A stretch of DNA of 28,770 bases, from contig JBBTQZ010000029.1 of assembly GCA_038065435.1 (NCBI GenBank), positions 1 to 28,770 of the forward strand. Reading direction: 5' to 3'. Source of the DNA: Patescibacteria group bacterium. GTDB taxonomy: Bacteria > Patescibacteriota > Minisyncoccia > Phycocordibacterales > WO2-35-19. A program made the position numbers and the translations under genes. The notes under the pieces were generated by a model, which saw only the letters and a list, made by a program, of their open reading frames with translations, was not told the origin of the DNA and searched no databases. Shown one piece after another: positions 8,593 to 17,780 of this stretch (its first letter is position 1; each line of letters opens with the position of its first letter).

Positions 8593-9693
8593 ATGACCAC
8601 AAGAGTCGGCAAAATACACAGACCGTTTTTATTATGGACGATCATACTTACAGTGGGTGGGTTTTTCATATTTAGTTCAGCTTCTCTTGGTATCCTAGCC
8701 CAAAATCCACTCAAGTTTTCCAGCCTTGCCTTCAATCAATTTTTCCTTGGATTATTTCTGGGCTCCATAATCTGCATTGTCGTAGCGCGTTTAGATTATA
8801 AAATTTGGCGAAAACTAGCATTGTTTTTGTTTTTGATATCTATCGTACTTACTCTCATGGTCTTTATTCCAAGTCTTGGTATATCACACGGGGGAGCTAA
8901 ACGGTGGATAGACCTCGGATTCATAAGCTTCCAACCTTCAGAGTTTCTAAAAATAGGCTTTATTGTATATTTTGCCGCCTGGCTCTCCACTTTCAAGAAA
9001 AAAGTTGATACTTTTTATTGGGGGCTTCTACCTTTTCTTGTCTTTAGCGCAGTTGTAGGAACCATACTTCTTCTACAGCCAGACACCGACACTTTCGCCG
9101 TCATAATTTTCGCTAGTCTAGCTATGTATATATCGGCCGGAGCAAAATGGAAACATATAGCCATCATATTTTTGATCGGTGTATTATCTTTGGCTATTCT
9201 AGCCTTTACAAGACCATACATAAAACAAAGGATCACCACCATGCTAAACCCAAACGAAAACGCTCAGACTTCCAGTTACCAACTAAGGCAATCGCTCATT
9301 GCGGTAGGTTCGGGCAAAATATGGGGTAGGGGATTTGGGCAAAGCGTCCAAAAATTTGAATATTTACCAGAACCAGTCGGGGATTCTGTATTTGCCGTAG
9401 CTTCAGAAGAATTCGGTTTTACAGGTAGCATAGCTATCATAATCGCTTTTCTTATGTTTGGTATTTCCGGATTCAGAATAGCCGCGGAGACAACTGATGA
9501 TTTCGGCAAATTTGTAACCATCGGCATCGTAATACTTATAATATCCCAAGCGTTTATAAATATCGCTGGTATGATAGGAGTCCTGCCTCTGACTGGCATA
9601 CCTCTGCCTTTTTTGAGTCATGGTGGTACAGCACTATTTATAACCCTTATAGAGAGTGGTATTATAATGAGTATTTCTAGGTATAAAAAATAA
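8593..9693 (+). CDS. ftsW: SEDS peptidoglycan polymerase, FtsW type
   Basis: GAKRWI, FQPSEFLK, LPEPVGDSVFAV, GIPLPFLSHGG; located between mraY and murG. Confidence 0.92.
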   Translation: MTTRVGKIHRPFLLWTIILTVGGFFIFSSASLGILAQNPLKFSSLAFNQFFLGLFLGSIICIVVARLDYKIWRKLALFLFLISIVLTLMVFIPSLGISHGGAKRWIDLGFISFQPSEFLKIGFIVYFAAWLSTFKKKVDTFYWGLLPFLVFSAVVGTILLLQPDTDTFAVIIFASLAMYISAGAKWKHIAIIFLIGVLSLAILAFTRPYIKQRITTMLNPNENAQTSSYQLRQSLIAVGSGKIWGRGFGQSVQKFEYLPEPVGDSVFAVASEEFGFTGSIAIIIAFLMFGISGFRIAAETTDDFGKFVTIGIVILIISQAFINIAGMIGVLPLTGIPLPFLSHGGTALFITLIESGIIMSISRYKK

Positions 9694-9698
9694 AAAAT

Positions 9699-10829
9699 AT
9701 GAAAATAGTATTCGCAGGCGGTGGAACAGGGGGTCATTTTTATCCAATTATTTCTATTGTAGAATCGATCCACAAAATAGTAAAAGAAAAAAAGCTGATA
9801 TCACCAAAATTATATTTTTTCTCTACTAGTCCATACAATCAGGGTATCCTATACGATCATAATATTGAATTCAAAAAAGTAACCGCCGGTAAAATACGAA
9901 GATATTTTTCTATCAAAAATTTCTTAGACCTGTTCAAGACTGGCTGGGGAGCAATAAGTGTGTTTTTTGATCTATTCGATATTTTCCCCGATGTCGTGTT
10001 CGGTAAAGGTGGTTATGCCAGCTTCCCAACCTTGCTCGCCGCAAGAATATTGGGCATCCCCGTGTTTATACACGAATCGGATTCAGAACCGGGTAGAGCA
10101 AACAGATGGGCTGGTAAATTCGCCAAACGCATAGCTATATCGTACAAACAAGCAGCCAGTTTTTTCCCAACCAATCGTACCGCTTATAGTGGACAACCGA
10201 TACTTGTAGAGAGGTTGGAGCCCATAACTGCCGGAGCTTTTGATTTTTTTGATTTCGATCAAAGCATACCGACTATTTTTATCATGGGAGGCTCTCAAGG
10301 ATCCGAAAATATAAACAATCTCGTTCTTGATTCTCTGCAAGAGCTTTGCAAATATTTTCAAATAATCCATCAGACAGGCGAGAGAAATCTCAAAGTAATG
10401 CAAGAATCGAGCGACGCCGTATTGATAGATAGTCCTTACAAAAAACGTTACAAACCATTTGGATACATGAACAGTCTGGAGATAAGAATGGCTGCAGGGT
10501 GTGCTTCTCTTGTGGTAAGTAGAGCCGGCTCTACTATATTTGAAATAGCCAGTTGGGGTAAGCCCTCCATCATAATACCTTTGAGCAAAGAGGTGAGCCA
10601 CGATCAGACCAAAAACGCCTATTCCTATGCTTCTGTCGGAGCTTGTCTTGTGATGGAAGAAGCCAATCTCAAACCTCATATCTTTATAGAAGAAATGCGC
10701 AGAATAATAGAAAATAAAGAAATATGGAATAAAATGTCTTCTTCAGCCAAAAGCTTCTTCAAACCCGGCGCATCCGACCTGATAGCTAAAGAGCTTCTCA
10801 CCATCGCCCTCGGACACGAGAAGTTGTAA
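9699..10829 (+). CDS. murG: Lipid II GlcNAc transferase
   Basis: GGGTGGH, GKGGYAS, GGSQGS, VSRAGS motifs. Confidence 0.96.
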   Translation: MKIVFAGGGTGGHFYPIISIVESIHKIVKEKKLISPKLYFFSTSPYNQGILYDHNIEFKKVTAGKIRRYFSIKNFLDLFKTGWGAISVFFDLFDIFPDVVFGKGGYASFPTLLAARILGIPVFIHESDSEPGRANRWAGKFAKRIAISYKQAASFFPTNRTAYSGQPILVERLEPITAGAFDFFDFDQSIPTIFIMGGSQGSENINNLVLDSLQELCKYFQIIHQTGERNLKVMQESSDAVLIDSPYKKRYKPFGYMNSLEIRMAAGCASLVVSRAGSTIFEIASWGKPSIIIPLSKEVSHDQTKNAYSYASVGACLVMEEANLKPHIFIEEMRRIIENKEIWNKMSSSAKSFFKPGASDLIAKELLTIALGHEKL

Positions 10830-10832
10830 TTT

Positions 10833-10866
10833 CCCTCTCATTAGACAAGGAGAGGGTAGGGTGAGG
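10833..10866. repeat. REP-like palindromic element
   Basis: CCCTCTC-N10-GAGAGGG followed by TAGGGTGAGG; single copy in this window. Confidence 0.45.
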
Positions 10867-10876
10867 TCTGATTTTC

Positions 10877-10885
10877 TGCTATAAT
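10877..10885 (+). promoter_or_regulatory. Extended -10 promoter, probably leaderless gltX transcript
   Basis: TGcTATAAT followed 6 nt later by the ATG at 10892; no SD. Confidence 0.65.
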
Positions 10886-10891
10886 ACCCCT

Positions 10892-12211
10892 ATGCAAAAT
10901 AGCGAAATAATCGTGCGTTTTCCGCCCAGCCCAACAGGTCTTCTGCATATAGGCAATGTGAGGACGGCCCTTTATAATTGGCTTTTTGCAAGGCAAAACC
11001 AAGGCAAATTTATAATACGCATAGAAGATACCGACAAAGAACGCTCAAAAAAAGAATACGAAGAAGATATGCTCAGTAGCCTAGCTTGGCTTGGGTTAAA
11101 TTTTGACAATGAAAGTAATATTTTGAGACAATCCGAAAGGGGAGAGATCTACAAACAAAAAATTCAAGAGCTGATACAAAAAGGAGTTGCATACGTATCC
11201 AAAGAAACAGAAGGTGAGAATAGGGAAGTGGTGAGGTTCCGAAATCCAGGAGGTAAAATAAAATTTGATGATTTGATACGTGGTCCAATAGAAATGGAAG
11301 TGGGGGATTTGAAGGATTTTATTATAGCCCGCAACATAAACGAGCCTGTCTACCATCTTGCGGTGGTAGTGGACGATCTAGAATCGGGAGTAACTCACGT
11401 CATTCGTGGCGAAGATCACCTATCCAACACCCCTCGGCAAATACTTATTTTAGAAGCTCTTGGCGGTAGTCGACCTATTTATGCTCATCTGCCGCTCATC
11501 TTAGCTGAAGACAAATCCAAACTTTCCAAAAGAAAACACGGCGAAGCTGTTTCGCTCAAATATTATCGCGACAAAGGCTATGGACCAGAAGCCATTATCA
11601 ACTTTTTAGCTATGATAGGTTGGAACTCTGGTACAGATCAAGATATTTTTAGCCTAGAAGAACTTTTAAAAGTTTTTGATATAAGTAAAGTGCAAAAAAA
11701 GGGTGGCATTTTCGATCAAAAAAAGTTGCGTTGGACCAATAAAGAACATATGAAATTGAGGCTAGAGTCCACCAATCAAAAAATTGAAGACAAAATAAAA
11801 GAACATTTTAGCCAAACAAATATCCACCCGAAGCTTATTGATCTAGTGTTTGAAAGGATAGAAGTGATTTCAGATATAGATGACCTGGTACAAAATGGGG
11901 AACTGGGTTATTTCTTCAATAAACCAGATTTAGATGGATCAAAGATTGCATGGAAAAACCAAAGTATGGAAGATTTGAAAAGAATTATGAATCAAGAATT
12001 AAGAATTTTGGAAAACCCATTGGAGAATGTAGAAAAGGTGAAAGAAGAATTGGTAAACTTGGCAGAAAAAGAGGGAAAAGGGGAGGTACTTTGGCCATTG
12101 CGGTATGCCCTATCGGGCAAAGAAAAGTCGCCCGATCCATTTACCCTTATAGATATCTTAGGAATAAAAGAGGGCCAAAAAAGAATTCAAGATGCTATTA
12201 GTAAAATATAA
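10892..12211 (+). CDS. gltX: Glutamate--tRNA ligase
   Basis: RFPPSPTGLLHIGN, RIEDTD, HVIRGEDH, KLSKR. Confidence 0.96.
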   Translation: MQNSEIIVRFPPSPTGLLHIGNVRTALYNWLFARQNQGKFIIRIEDTDKERSKKEYEEDMLSSLAWLGLNFDNESNILRQSERGEIYKQKIQELIQKGVAYVSKETEGENREVVRFRNPGGKIKFDDLIRGPIEMEVGDLKDFIIARNINEPVYHLAVVVDDLESGVTHVIRGEDHLSNTPRQILILEALGGSRPIYAHLPLILAEDKSKLSKRKHGEAVSLKYYRDKGYGPEAIINFLAMIGWNSGTDQDIFSLEELLKVFDISKVQKKGGIFDQKKLRWTNKEHMKLRLESTNQKIEDKIKEHFSQTNIHPKLIDLVFERIEVISDIDDLVQNGELGYFFNKPDLDGSKIAWKNQSMEDLKRIMNQELRILENPLENVEKVKEELVNLAEKEGKGEVLWPLRYALSGKEKSPDPFTLIDILGIKEGQKRIQDAISKI

Positions 12212-13472
12212 AATATATAAAATCTTACAGATATTTACTATTGTGGTGGTATTGGTATTTTCACCTTATCATTTACTTTTTGCAGCTCTGGAGACAGAGC
12301 TTCGCGACAAAATAGAGGATCACAGCAATAATATAAAGAAACTGGAAGAAGAAATAGCCACCTATAAGACACAGATAGAAAAAGTCGGTACAGAAGCAAA
12401 AACCCTACAAAATGCAATCAAGGAGTTAGATCTAAATCAGAAAAAGGTACAAGTCGAGATCAAAAAGACGGAAACCAACATCACCAAATCCAATCTGACT
12501 TTGGAAAGCTTGGGAGTGGCTATAGAAGATACGGCGGAAAAAATAGATACAAATTCTTTAGCTATTAAAGAAAGTCTGAGTGCTATGAGGGAGGCAGAGA
12601 ACCAATCCATCATAGAGCATATTCTTTCAGACAAGAGCCTTTCGGAAATTTTAGACACTTATGAGTCGACCAATCAATTTCAGAGCAAAATCAGAGAGAG
12701 ATCCCTAGAATTAAGCGCCTACAAAGAAGACCTTTCTAACAAAAAGCTGGCTATAGAAAAAGAAAAGCAAAAACTAGTCTATTTCAAATCCGATCTTGGT
12801 GATAAAAACAAGATTCTAGCGAATGGTAAAAAAGAGAAAAATACCTTACTCACCAGCACACGAAACCAAGAAGCGGAATACAAAAAGATAGTCGCTCAAA
12901 AACAGGCCGATAAAGAAAGATTCGAAAAAGAACTTTTTGAATTTGAATCAGCTCTCAAACGCTCCGTTGACCCCAATAGTTTTCCAAGCGCTGGTAGCAG
13001 CGTCCTTAGCTGGCCATTGGATACTGTATTCATCACTCAATACTTTGGCAAAACAGTAGACGCAAAGAGGCTCTATAGTTCAGGGACCCACAATGGTATA
13101 GACTTCAGAGCAAGCCGTGGTACACCTGTCAAAGCTGCTTTAAACGGTACTGTAATAGGTACCGGCAATACCGACGGTGGAGGTTGCTATTCTTACGGTA
13201 AATGGGTACTCATAGAACATCCAAATGGTCTTACGAGCCTCTACGCCCATTTGGATCTCATAAAGGTCCAAAACGGTGAGAGGGTAGAAACAGGCCAAAC
13301 AATCAGCTATTCAGGCCAGACCGGCTATGCCACAGGGCCACACCTACACTTTAGCCTCTACGCAAGCCAAGGAGTAGAGGTCCAAAAGTACTCTTCTAGC
13401 AAAAACTGCAAAAATGCTAGTATTCCAGTAGCGGACAAATCGGCTTACTTAGATCCAATGAAATATTTTTAA
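12192..13472 (+). CDS. Coiled-coil plus M23 peptidase (EnvC/MepM-like murein hydrolase or activator)
   Basis: Signal/TM segment, long coiled coil, HNGID, YAHL, TGPHLHF. Confidence 0.93.
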   Translation: MLLVKYKIYKILQIFTIVVVLVFSPYHLLFAALETELRDKIEDHSNNIKKLEEEIATYKTQIEKVGTEAKTLQNAIKELDLNQKKVQVEIKKTETNITKSNLTLESLGVAIEDTAEKIDTNSLAIKESLSAMREAENQSIIEHILSDKSLSEILDTYESTNQFQSKIRERSLELSAYKEDLSNKKLAIEKEKQKLVYFKSDLGDKNKILANGKKEKNTLLTSTRNQEAEYKKIVAQKQADKERFEKELFEFESALKRSVDPNSFPSAGSSVLSWPLDTVFITQYFGKTVDAKRLYSSGTHNGIDFRASRGTPVKAALNGTVIGTGNTDGGGCYSYGKWVLIEHPNGLTSLYAHLDLIKVQNGERVETGQTISYSGQTGYATGPHLHFSLYASQGVEVQKYSSSKNCKNASIPVADKSAYLDPMKYF

Positions 13473-13513
13473 GAAATATTTTAAAATTTTTAATAATTAA
13501 TTTAAAATAAAAA

Positions 13514-13687
13514 ATGCAAATAAAAATAAGCGAAAAAATAATAAAAAATAATAGGGGAGGCTTTATACAAATCGCCATAGTTATAGTAGCCGCTCTAGTC
13601 TTACTCAAGTATGCTTACGATATAGATGTACTAGAGAAGGTATACGGGTGGGCAATGTGGGTTTGGAGTAAGTATAAGGGGCTCTAG
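13514..13687 (+). CDS. 57-aa small membrane protein with prepilin-like N-terminus (not in the ORF track)
   Basis: MQIKISEKIIKNNRGG|FIQIAIVIVAALVLLKYAYDIDVLEKVYGWAMWVWSKYKGL: basic leader, G|F, then a hydrophobic helix. Confidence 0.7.
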   Translation: MQIKISEKIIKNNRGGFIQIAIVIVAALVLLKYAYDIDVLEKVYGWAMWVWSKYKGL

Positions 13688-13855
13688 GTATACTGCCCAA
13701 AAGATATATTGTGCGACGTTACTAATGCTCCCTAGCCCCATAGACTAAAGCCTTCTCCCTTCAAAAAACTCCGTGTGGAAAATATTTTGCAAATATAATT
13801 TTATATCAAAACTTATTGTAATATTTTATAAATTTTAAATTCTAAATTGAAAATT

Positions 13856-13896
13856 AAACAAAAATCCCCCGTCATTACGACGGGGGATTTTTGTTT
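13856..13896. terminator. Bidirectional intrinsic terminator
   Basis: Perfect 18-bp inverted repeat with a 5-nt loop, between convergent genes. Confidence 0.9.
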
Positions 13897-13914
13897 TACC
13901 TCCCCTACCCTGCC

Positions 13915-14361
13915 TTATTCAGATCTATTGACAATAAAGTCGTTGTAGGCCAAAGTCTTACCCCAACAATAACTAGAAGATTTCCAAGGGCGCACACCAT
14001 CCTTTTCAAAGATATACCTTGCATAAGCGGTATTACCTTCTATAGAAAGTAAGTCAAACCCAAGTTTTTCAGCATCCTTGCTGTGGTAATGCTCGTTGAT
14101 CTGCATCACCCCTCGGTCTAAATAATTTATTTCTCCTCGGAGTACACTGCCAGCACTATTGTAGTGACGAAAACGCGATTCGCATTTTGCCACCTCTACC
14201 ATAACTGGTATATCAGAAAAATAATTTCTGACATATTCTTCAGCAGTTAGAGGTTTAGCTTTCACCGCCTTGTTTTCCACCTTGTTTTCGATAGAAGCGG
14301 TTTCTAGCGCAGGGCTAACACCGAGTCCGTTTATACTACTTGCGATCATAAGTAGTCCCAA
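13915..14361 (-). CDS. Secreted lysozyme-like/lytic transglycosylase domain protein (start uncertain)
   Basis: AKCES catalytic Glu, GVMQIN motif, AYARYIF...PW. Confidence 0.82.
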   Translation of the reverse strand: MGLLMIASSINGLGVSPALETASIENKVENKAVKAKPLTAEEYVRNYFSDIPVMVEVAKCESRFRHYNSAGSVLRGEINYLDRGVMQINEHYHSKDAEKLGFDLLSIEGNTAYARYIFEKDGVRPWKSSSYCWGKTLAYNDFIVNRSE

Positions 14362-14548
14362 AGCTGTAGTTCCAAAAATAAGCCTATTGTTTAATTATAA
14401 TCCATCTTCCCTAAGAGCCGTAAAAAGTAAAATAAGAGAAGAAGAGAGAGAAAAGAAGAAAGAATCAAAGACACGACTCTAAAATATCTGCCTTTGCTTT
14501 AACTTCCGGTCTCTAACTAAAAATCCAGCTATACACTGGATTACTTAT

Positions 14549-14577
14549 ACTCTAGCACACTCTACTCTTGCTGTCAA
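14549..14577 (-). promoter_or_regulatory. sigma70-type promoter upstream of the transglycosylase gene
   Basis: TTGACA, 17-nt spacer, TAGAGT on the minus strand. Confidence 0.5.
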
Positions 14578-14603
14578 TAGGAAAATATGGTCTAATTTTG
14601 AAC

Positions 14604-17600
14604 CTAAAACTCTATGAAACTGGGGTTTAAAGCGAAGTTGGCTGTCACACTTTTGGCTCCGTTCATAACTATGCTACAAATGCCAGTACCAGTACAAGCT
14701 CCGCTCCAGCCGGTAAATACTCTACCCGGAGCGGCAGTAGGGGTAAGGGTAACTGTAGAGTTTTCAGTAAAGTTGGCACTTTGAGAAGCACACCCCGAGC
14801 CGCAATTTATACCAGCCGGAGAACTCACCACTGTCCCCTGCCCCGACTTTATGACAGTAAGTTGGAATTGATTGGCGTTCACTGTTAGCGATATTGAATC
14901 AGTAGTTCCCCCGGGGTCACAGGTAAGAGTATAAGTACGGGAAGCGGTAAGCGCTTCAGACCGGGTGTCAGATGTGCCTGTCCAGCCACTACAACCACCA
15001 GTACAAGTGACGGAGCAGGAAGTGGCATTGGCGCAAAGACTCGGAGTAGTGCCGCACCATTTTACAGTAGCTGTCTGTCCAGAATTGATAGCTGGAGGAT
15101 TATCGGAATCATTCACTTTTAAATCAGCGGTAGCCACTGGGCCGATAGTGAAGCTGTTTGCATCAGAGACTGTTGAAACACCATTGGTGGCGCTGACATT
15201 TAGAGTATGAGGGCCGTTAAAAGCGCTGTTGGCATACATGTTAGCCACTTCAGTAGCCGTCAGAGCGCGGTTGTAAACCGCTACTTCATCTATGGTACCA
15301 GCAAAATAAGTATTAGCTTCGGCAGAATATTTACGTCCAATTTCAGCTCTAGAAGAAATACCGTAATCTACTGCTTGGCTTCTGCAAGCATCTGTATGTT
15401 GTAAAACATTATCGACATAAACCTTAGCAGTAGCACCATCATAAACTCCAACTACAAATTTCCAACCAGCACCTCTCAAATCAGTAGTACCTAAAGCATA
15501 GCAATCAGCCCAGCCATAACCAGTCTCTCTAACGATAAGACTAGCTCTACCGAGCCCAGCGCCGTTTTGCAAAAAGAAATTCCAACCGTAGACACCACCG
15601 CTCTCACTAGAAACAGAACTTACAATTTGAGGATATGCTACTTGACTTGCATTTGCATTTATCCAAGCAGCAACCGAAAAGGCCCCGCTTGGTTTTAAGC
15701 TTGCATTGTTTCCTAAATTTATATATTGAGAACTACCATTAAGACTTAAAGCTCTACCAAATCTTCCGGCTGTCCAAGTAGGGGTATTTATTAAATTACC
15801 AGTATTACTGTTACCACTTCGGTCATAAGTAGTGATGCCAGTATTTTCAGCAAAATCGTAAGCCGCAAGTCGAGTAGCACTAACCCCAGATATGGTTGGC
15901 ATCTGCACATAAGAAAGTTGAGTGGTGTTGGCGCCAGCGGGGCAATAGGTATACGGCATCCGAGGTCCGATATCTGATCCCCCTACCCCATTAGAAAACC
16001 ACATGAGGCAAGTATTGGAACCACCGGTCGTCCAAGAAAGAGGCATATTTGAGGTATCGGTATAATTGCTTCCTTCGGCTGGGCTAGTGATACTAACCGA
16101 CAGAGCACCACAAGCGCTGGCCACTGTGCCAGAAACACTAGCGCTTAAAGGGGAGGAACCGGAAGTATTGGTAGCTCTAACTGTATATGAATGAGTAGAA
16201 CCTAAGGCTAACCCTGTATCTGAAAAAGATAGTCCGGAACCATTATAAACCGGAGTGCCTCCCCCATCGCGATAGACTTGATAACTAGTAGCGCCAGAGA
16301 CGGCATTCCAAGAAATATTGAGCCAATTATTACCACAGGTACTTGGAGCGGCACTAAGTCCAGTCGGAGTGGCAGGGATAGTAGGCGGAGGAGGTACAAG
16401 AGCACATTTATATTCCACCACATTGCTGCCATTTTTTCGGAAAGTGTAGCTGTAGTTATTTTTTTCGGTGGTTTGGGAAGGACTGTTCCACACAGGAGAA
16501 GGTGAAGCGGGAGGACTAATCCAGCCATTACTTGTTTGATGTCTATTCCAAACAGAGCCCGTATTTACCCAATACGCCTTTTTATTATTTACCAAATCAA
16601 GAAAAGGAGAAGATGTTATAGTACCCAAACTCCCCGGACCCTGATCGTTCCATTGCAAACTCCAACTACAAGTTTCTGTTGACCCACTAGCGTAATAGCA
16701 TATTTGTTCATAAAGTTTTGATTGATTAGAGCTTGGAGGAGCCACTACTGCTATATGATCCGAATAATAAAAATTATCTGTTGGATAATACTTCCCTACC
16801 GGATTTTGACTTGCCTGCAATGCACTACTCACCTCATACCAAGTATCATTGCAAACTGTTTTGCGCGAGGGTTTGACGGTGATGGTGTAAATTAAAGAAT
16901 CACCGCAAGACGGTTGAGACACTGAATTCACATTAATATAAAAAGTATAATCTCCGGGAGGAGTAGAAACGGAAGGTGCTATAGTAAAGCCAGAATATGA
17001 AGGTTCATCTCCCGATGGGCCTTCATAAGCTTCTCCACTACTAGTAGATGGCGTACATGTAGCACCAACAGGGCAACTAGCATAAGTAGCTGTCCAACCT
17101 TGGAAGTAATCATTAGAATATACAACAAAACTAGCAGTACCAGAATCTCCTTGATAAAGAGTTAAGTTTGTCGGCCCATTTACATTAGCTCCTATTGGAT
17201 CATTTGTACAACTACCCCCGCCTCCGTCAGAACAATCAGCCGGACAAGATGTTGCATCTTCAGAACCTGTACAAAAACCATCTCCGCAAACAGCGCCACC
17301 ACAACTACCACCACCATGATTAGCACAAAATGTACAGCATGACTCATCAGAACATAAATAATAAGTAATATTGTCATTACATGTACATTGAGGTGTAGCG
17401 TCTCGTTCACTACGTTTCCATTCTAAACAAGAAGCTTCAGTTTCTTGGCAAGAATCTGTACATGTACCAGTACATACTATTGGATCATTATTCCAAATAT
17501 AATAAGGTGGTGGACCTTGTGTTGGGCATATTAAACTAGCAAAAGAATTATTAGGAACGACTAAAAAAATAAAAAAATAAAATAAAATAAAAAACCCCAC

Positions 17601-17633
17601 AAACAAAAAAGCTTTATTTAATTTCAGTTTCAT
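14604..17633 (-). CDS. Large secreted multidomain surface protein (Cys-rich region, Ig-like, FN3, LamG, InlB-B-like repeat)
   Basis: Signal peptide MKLKLNKAFLF...SFA; CGDGFC..E....CP.DC; FN3 (PTGL..ISWNAV..YQVYRDG..YTVRA); LamG (FSVAAWIN..W.FVVGVYDG..GTIDEVAVYNRAL); C-terminal LTVIKSGQGTV..FTGWSGAC..SVTANF. Start placed at ATG 17633 (the track gives 17666). Confidence 0.88.
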   Translation of the reverse strand: MKLKLNKAFLFVGFFILFYFFIFLVVPNNSFASLICPTQGPPPYYIWNNDPIVCTGTCTDSCQETEASCLEWKRSERDATPQCTCNDNITYYLCSDESCCTFCANHGGGSCGGAVCGDGFCTGSEDATSCPADCSDGGGGSCTNDPIGANVNGPTNLTLYQGDSGTASFVVYSNDYFQGWTATYASCPVGATCTPSTSSGEAYEGPSGDEPSYSGFTIAPSVSTPPGDYTFYINVNSVSQPSCGDSLIYTITVKPSRKTVCNDTWYEVSSALQASQNPVGKYYPTDNFYYSDHIAVVAPPSSNQSKLYEQICYYASGSTETCSWSLQWNDQGPGSLGTITSSPFLDLVNNKKAYWVNTGSVWNRHQTSNGWISPPASPSPVWNSPSQTTEKNNYSYTFRKNGSNVVEYKCALVPPPPTIPATPTGLSAAPSTCGNNWLNISWNAVSGATSYQVYRDGGGTPVYNGSGLSFSDTGLALGSTHSYTVRATNTSGSSPLSASVSGTVASACGALSVSITSPAEGSNYTDTSNMPLSWTTGGSNTCLMWFSNGVGGSDIGPRMPYTYCPAGANTTQLSYVQMPTISGVSATRLAAYDFAENTGITTYDRSGNSNTGNLINTPTWTAGRFGRALSLNGSSQYINLGNNASLKPSGAFSVAAWINANASQVAYPQIVSSVSSESGGVYGWNFFLQNGAGLGRASLIVRETGYGWADCYALGTTDLRGAGWKFVVGVYDGATAKVYVDNVLQHTDACRSQAVDYGISSRAEIGRKYSAEANTYFAGTIDEVAVYNRALTATEVANMYANSAFNGPHTLNVSATNGVSTVSDANSFTIGPVATADLKVNDSDNPPAINSGQTATVKWCGTTPSLCANATSCSVTCTGGCSGWTGTSDTRSEALTASRTYTLTCDPGGTTDSISLTVNANQFQLTVIKSGQGTVVSSPAGINCGSGCASQSANFTENSTVTLTPTAAPGRVFTGWSGACTGTGICSIVMNGAKSVTANFALNPSFIEF

Positions 17634-17713
17634 TAAGTATATTATACAACCTTCTTCCTCTAACATCGATAAAAATATGTGGATAACATCATGTATTTAA
17701 AATAAAAGCAAAA

Positions 17714-17755
17714 GAGGCCGACGGGTAGGAATAAATCCATACTTACGTCGGCCTC
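17714..17755 (-). terminator. Hairpin downstream of the 307-aa gene
   Basis: GAGGCCGACG...CGTCGGCCTC 10-bp stem; A-run on the plus strand gives a U-tract for the minus transcript. Confidence 0.7.
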
Positions 17756-17780
17756 AAAGATGTGGTCATAGCGCACCTCC

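Noticed and set aside
17190-17540. Cys-rich stretch as a RiPP precursor or Fe-S/heme-binding region
   Set aside because: It follows a signal peptide within a large extracellular protein; structural disulfides are the simpler explanation.
13774-17686. DnaA-box matches at 13774-13782 and 17678-17686, as a possible replication origin
   Set aside because: Two isolated boxes 3.9 kb apart, no cluster, and no dnaA/dnaN nearby; compatible with chance.
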